A stretch of 48,852 bases of DNA from Acidobacteriota bacterium (GTDB taxonomy: Bacteria > Acidobacteriota > Thermoanaerobaculia > UBA5066 > Gp7-AA6), in NCBI GenBank assembly GCA_046732075.1, contig JBKPMI010000053.1, positions 1-48,852 of the forward strand, read 5' to 3'. Positions 47,664 through 48,852 of the stretch are shown here, piece by piece; the stretch's first letter is position 1, and each line of letters opens with the position of its first letter. The notes under the pieces are model-generated. The model was not told the DNA's origin and did no database searches. It saw only the letters and a list, made by a program, of their open reading frames with translations. Both the position numbers and the translations under genes were made by a program.

Positions 47664-48852
47664 ATGCCGGCGGCTCGAAACAACCGGTCCGCGTTCCGGC
47701 TCATCCCGATCCTCCTTCTGGGCGCCGCGGTCCAGGCGTACTCGCTCGCCCGCGGTCTCGTCCCCTGGAGCTCGGACCAGGGAATCGTCTCGCTCATGGG
47801 ACGGCACATCGCGCTCGGCGTGGCGAACCCCATCTTCTGCTACGGGTCGTACTACGGCGGGACGCTCGAGCCGCACCTGACCGCCGTCGTGTTCTCGACG
47901 CTCGGCATCAACCGCTCTACCTACCGCTTTTCGCTGATGCTCTTCCTCGCCGCGATCCTCGCGATCGTTTTCGCGATCGCTCGCCGCTACTTCGGCCGGG
48001 ACGCGGCGGTCTTCGCCGCGGGATACCTCGCATTTCCCCCGTTCTATTTCCTGCTGAAGGGCCTGACGTCCGACGGTGCCTACGACTCGCTGGCCTTCCT
48101 GGGAGGGCTCATTGCGTACGCCGCGCTCCGCGCCGACGAAGCGATCGAGACCGGGACTCCGGCCCGCCGGTGGTTCGGGCTCCTCGGACTCGCTTTCGGA
48201 CTCGCGTGGTGGGTCCACCCGCTCTCCCTCTACTTCGGCATCGCGGTCGTCGCGTGGTTCCTGATCGTGCGGCCCGCGATCTTCCGGCGCCTGCGAGACG
48301 TTCCCGCGTTCCTCTTCTCCTTCTTCGCCGGCAGCCTGCCGTGGTGGGTCGGAAACGTGGGCCGGGGCTGGCCGAGCTTCTCGACGCACGAGGCGACGAC
48401 GCTCCCCCTGCGCCAGGCGTTGCTCGGCTTCTTCCGCTTCTTCGGCGAGGCGGTGCCGGTCCTCTTCGGCGCGAGGTCGTTCTACGCCGCGAAGCCGAGC
48501 TTCCCGGGGGCCGGCGTGGTCGCGCTCCTGATCTACGCGGCGCCGATGGTCGCGACCGTCGTCCGCATCGCGAAAGCCGGTGTGCGCCGGCGTAAGAAGG
48601 GAACGCTCCCCGAGGATGTCCGCGAGTCGCGCGTGCTGCTCTTCCTGCTCATCCTGGTCCTCTCGATGCACGCGTTCACCAGCTTGAGTCAGCGGACCTA
48701 CGAGCAGGAGCCGCGATTCCTCTTTCCGGTCTACGTTCCGTTTTCCGTGCTCTTCGGCTACTGGATGGTTCGCCTCTTCCGGGCGCGGCGGGCCGTGACG
48801 TTCGGCGCGGTTGCCGCCCTCGTCGGGTTTCACGCGATCGGCCTGGCGAGAA
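47664..48852 (+). CDS. second ArnT/PMT-like polytopic membrane protein, partial (runs off the right edge)
   Basis: My translation from the ATG at 47664 gives MPAARNNRSAFRLIPILLLGAAVQAYSLARGLVPWSSDQGIVSLMGRHIALGVANPIFCYGSYYGGTLEPHLTAVVFSTLG...WWVHPLSLYFGIAVVAWFLIV..., with no stop before the window ends. It is missing from the ORF track; the listed 47549..48595 ORF is an Arg-rich shadow frame. Confidence 0.7.
   Translation, partial: MPAARNNRSAFRLIPILLLGAAVQAYSLARGLVPWSSDQGIVSLMGRHIALGVANPIFCYGSYYGGTLEPHLTAVVFSTLGINRSTYRFSLMLFLAAILAIVFAIARRYFGRDAAVFAAGYLAFPPFYFLLKGLTSDGAYDSLAFLGGLIAYAALRADEAIETGTPARRWFGLLGLAFGLAWWVHPLSLYFGIAVVAWFLIVRPAIFRRLRDVPAFLFSFFAGSLPWWVGNVGRGWPSFSTHEATTLPLRQALLGFFRFFGEAVPVLFGARSFYAAKPSFPGAGVVALLIYAAPMVATVVRIAKAGVRRRKKGTLPEDVRESRVLLFLLILVLSMHAFTSLSQRTYEQEPRFLFPVYVPFSVLFGYWMVRLFRARRAVTFGAVAALVGFHAIGLAR

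Overview
This is a GC-rich chromosomal segment; codon third positions are almost all G/C. The gene content looks like a high-GC Gram-negative soil bacterium (Acidobacteriota-like), but the taxon cannot be proven from the sequence alone. I saw no rRNA, tRNA, CRISPR array, transposase, integrase or reverse transcriptase. Ordinary genes include two ABC ATPases plus a permease, a WCGPC thioredoxin-fold protein, uvrA, a PBP1A-type penicillin-binding protein, groES-groEL behind a near-perfect CIRCE operator, and gmd. There is also a surface-glycan set: an O-antigen-ligase-like protein, a five-gene minus-strand glycosyltransferase/priming-transferase operon, and two divergent ArnT/PMT-like membrane glycosyltransferases. 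The main feature is a family of nine paralogous secreted proteins of about 490-615 aa (5391-6899 on the minus strand; 16933-23172 as four in tandem; 25347-27188; 29352-30965; 36362-37945; 38329-39879). Each has a signal peptide, a strongly conserved ~146-aa N-terminal module (NWTVPPY...PCRVADTRGNGAPIQGGIF...CGIP...SVNFTVV...LLAWPTG...DVNGYF), a hypervariable Gly-rich G[VI]xG-repeat core, and one of two conserved C-terminal module types. A shorter, diverged version of the N-terminal module sits at the extreme C-terminus of three unrelated secreted proteins (39984-46025): a PQQ-type sugar-dehydrogenase beta-propeller, an HExxHxxGxxH metalloprotease, and an eight-repeat FG-GAP protein. It also occurs alone as a 163-aa secreted protein. 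Two family members are each paired divergently with a paralogous membrane-anchored CadC/ToxR-like winged-helix + TPR regulator. Two others carry duplicated promoters and long conserved 5' leaders. I cannot place the shared module or the tripartite architecture in a named family from memory. This cluster is my candidate for an undescribed cell-surface system.
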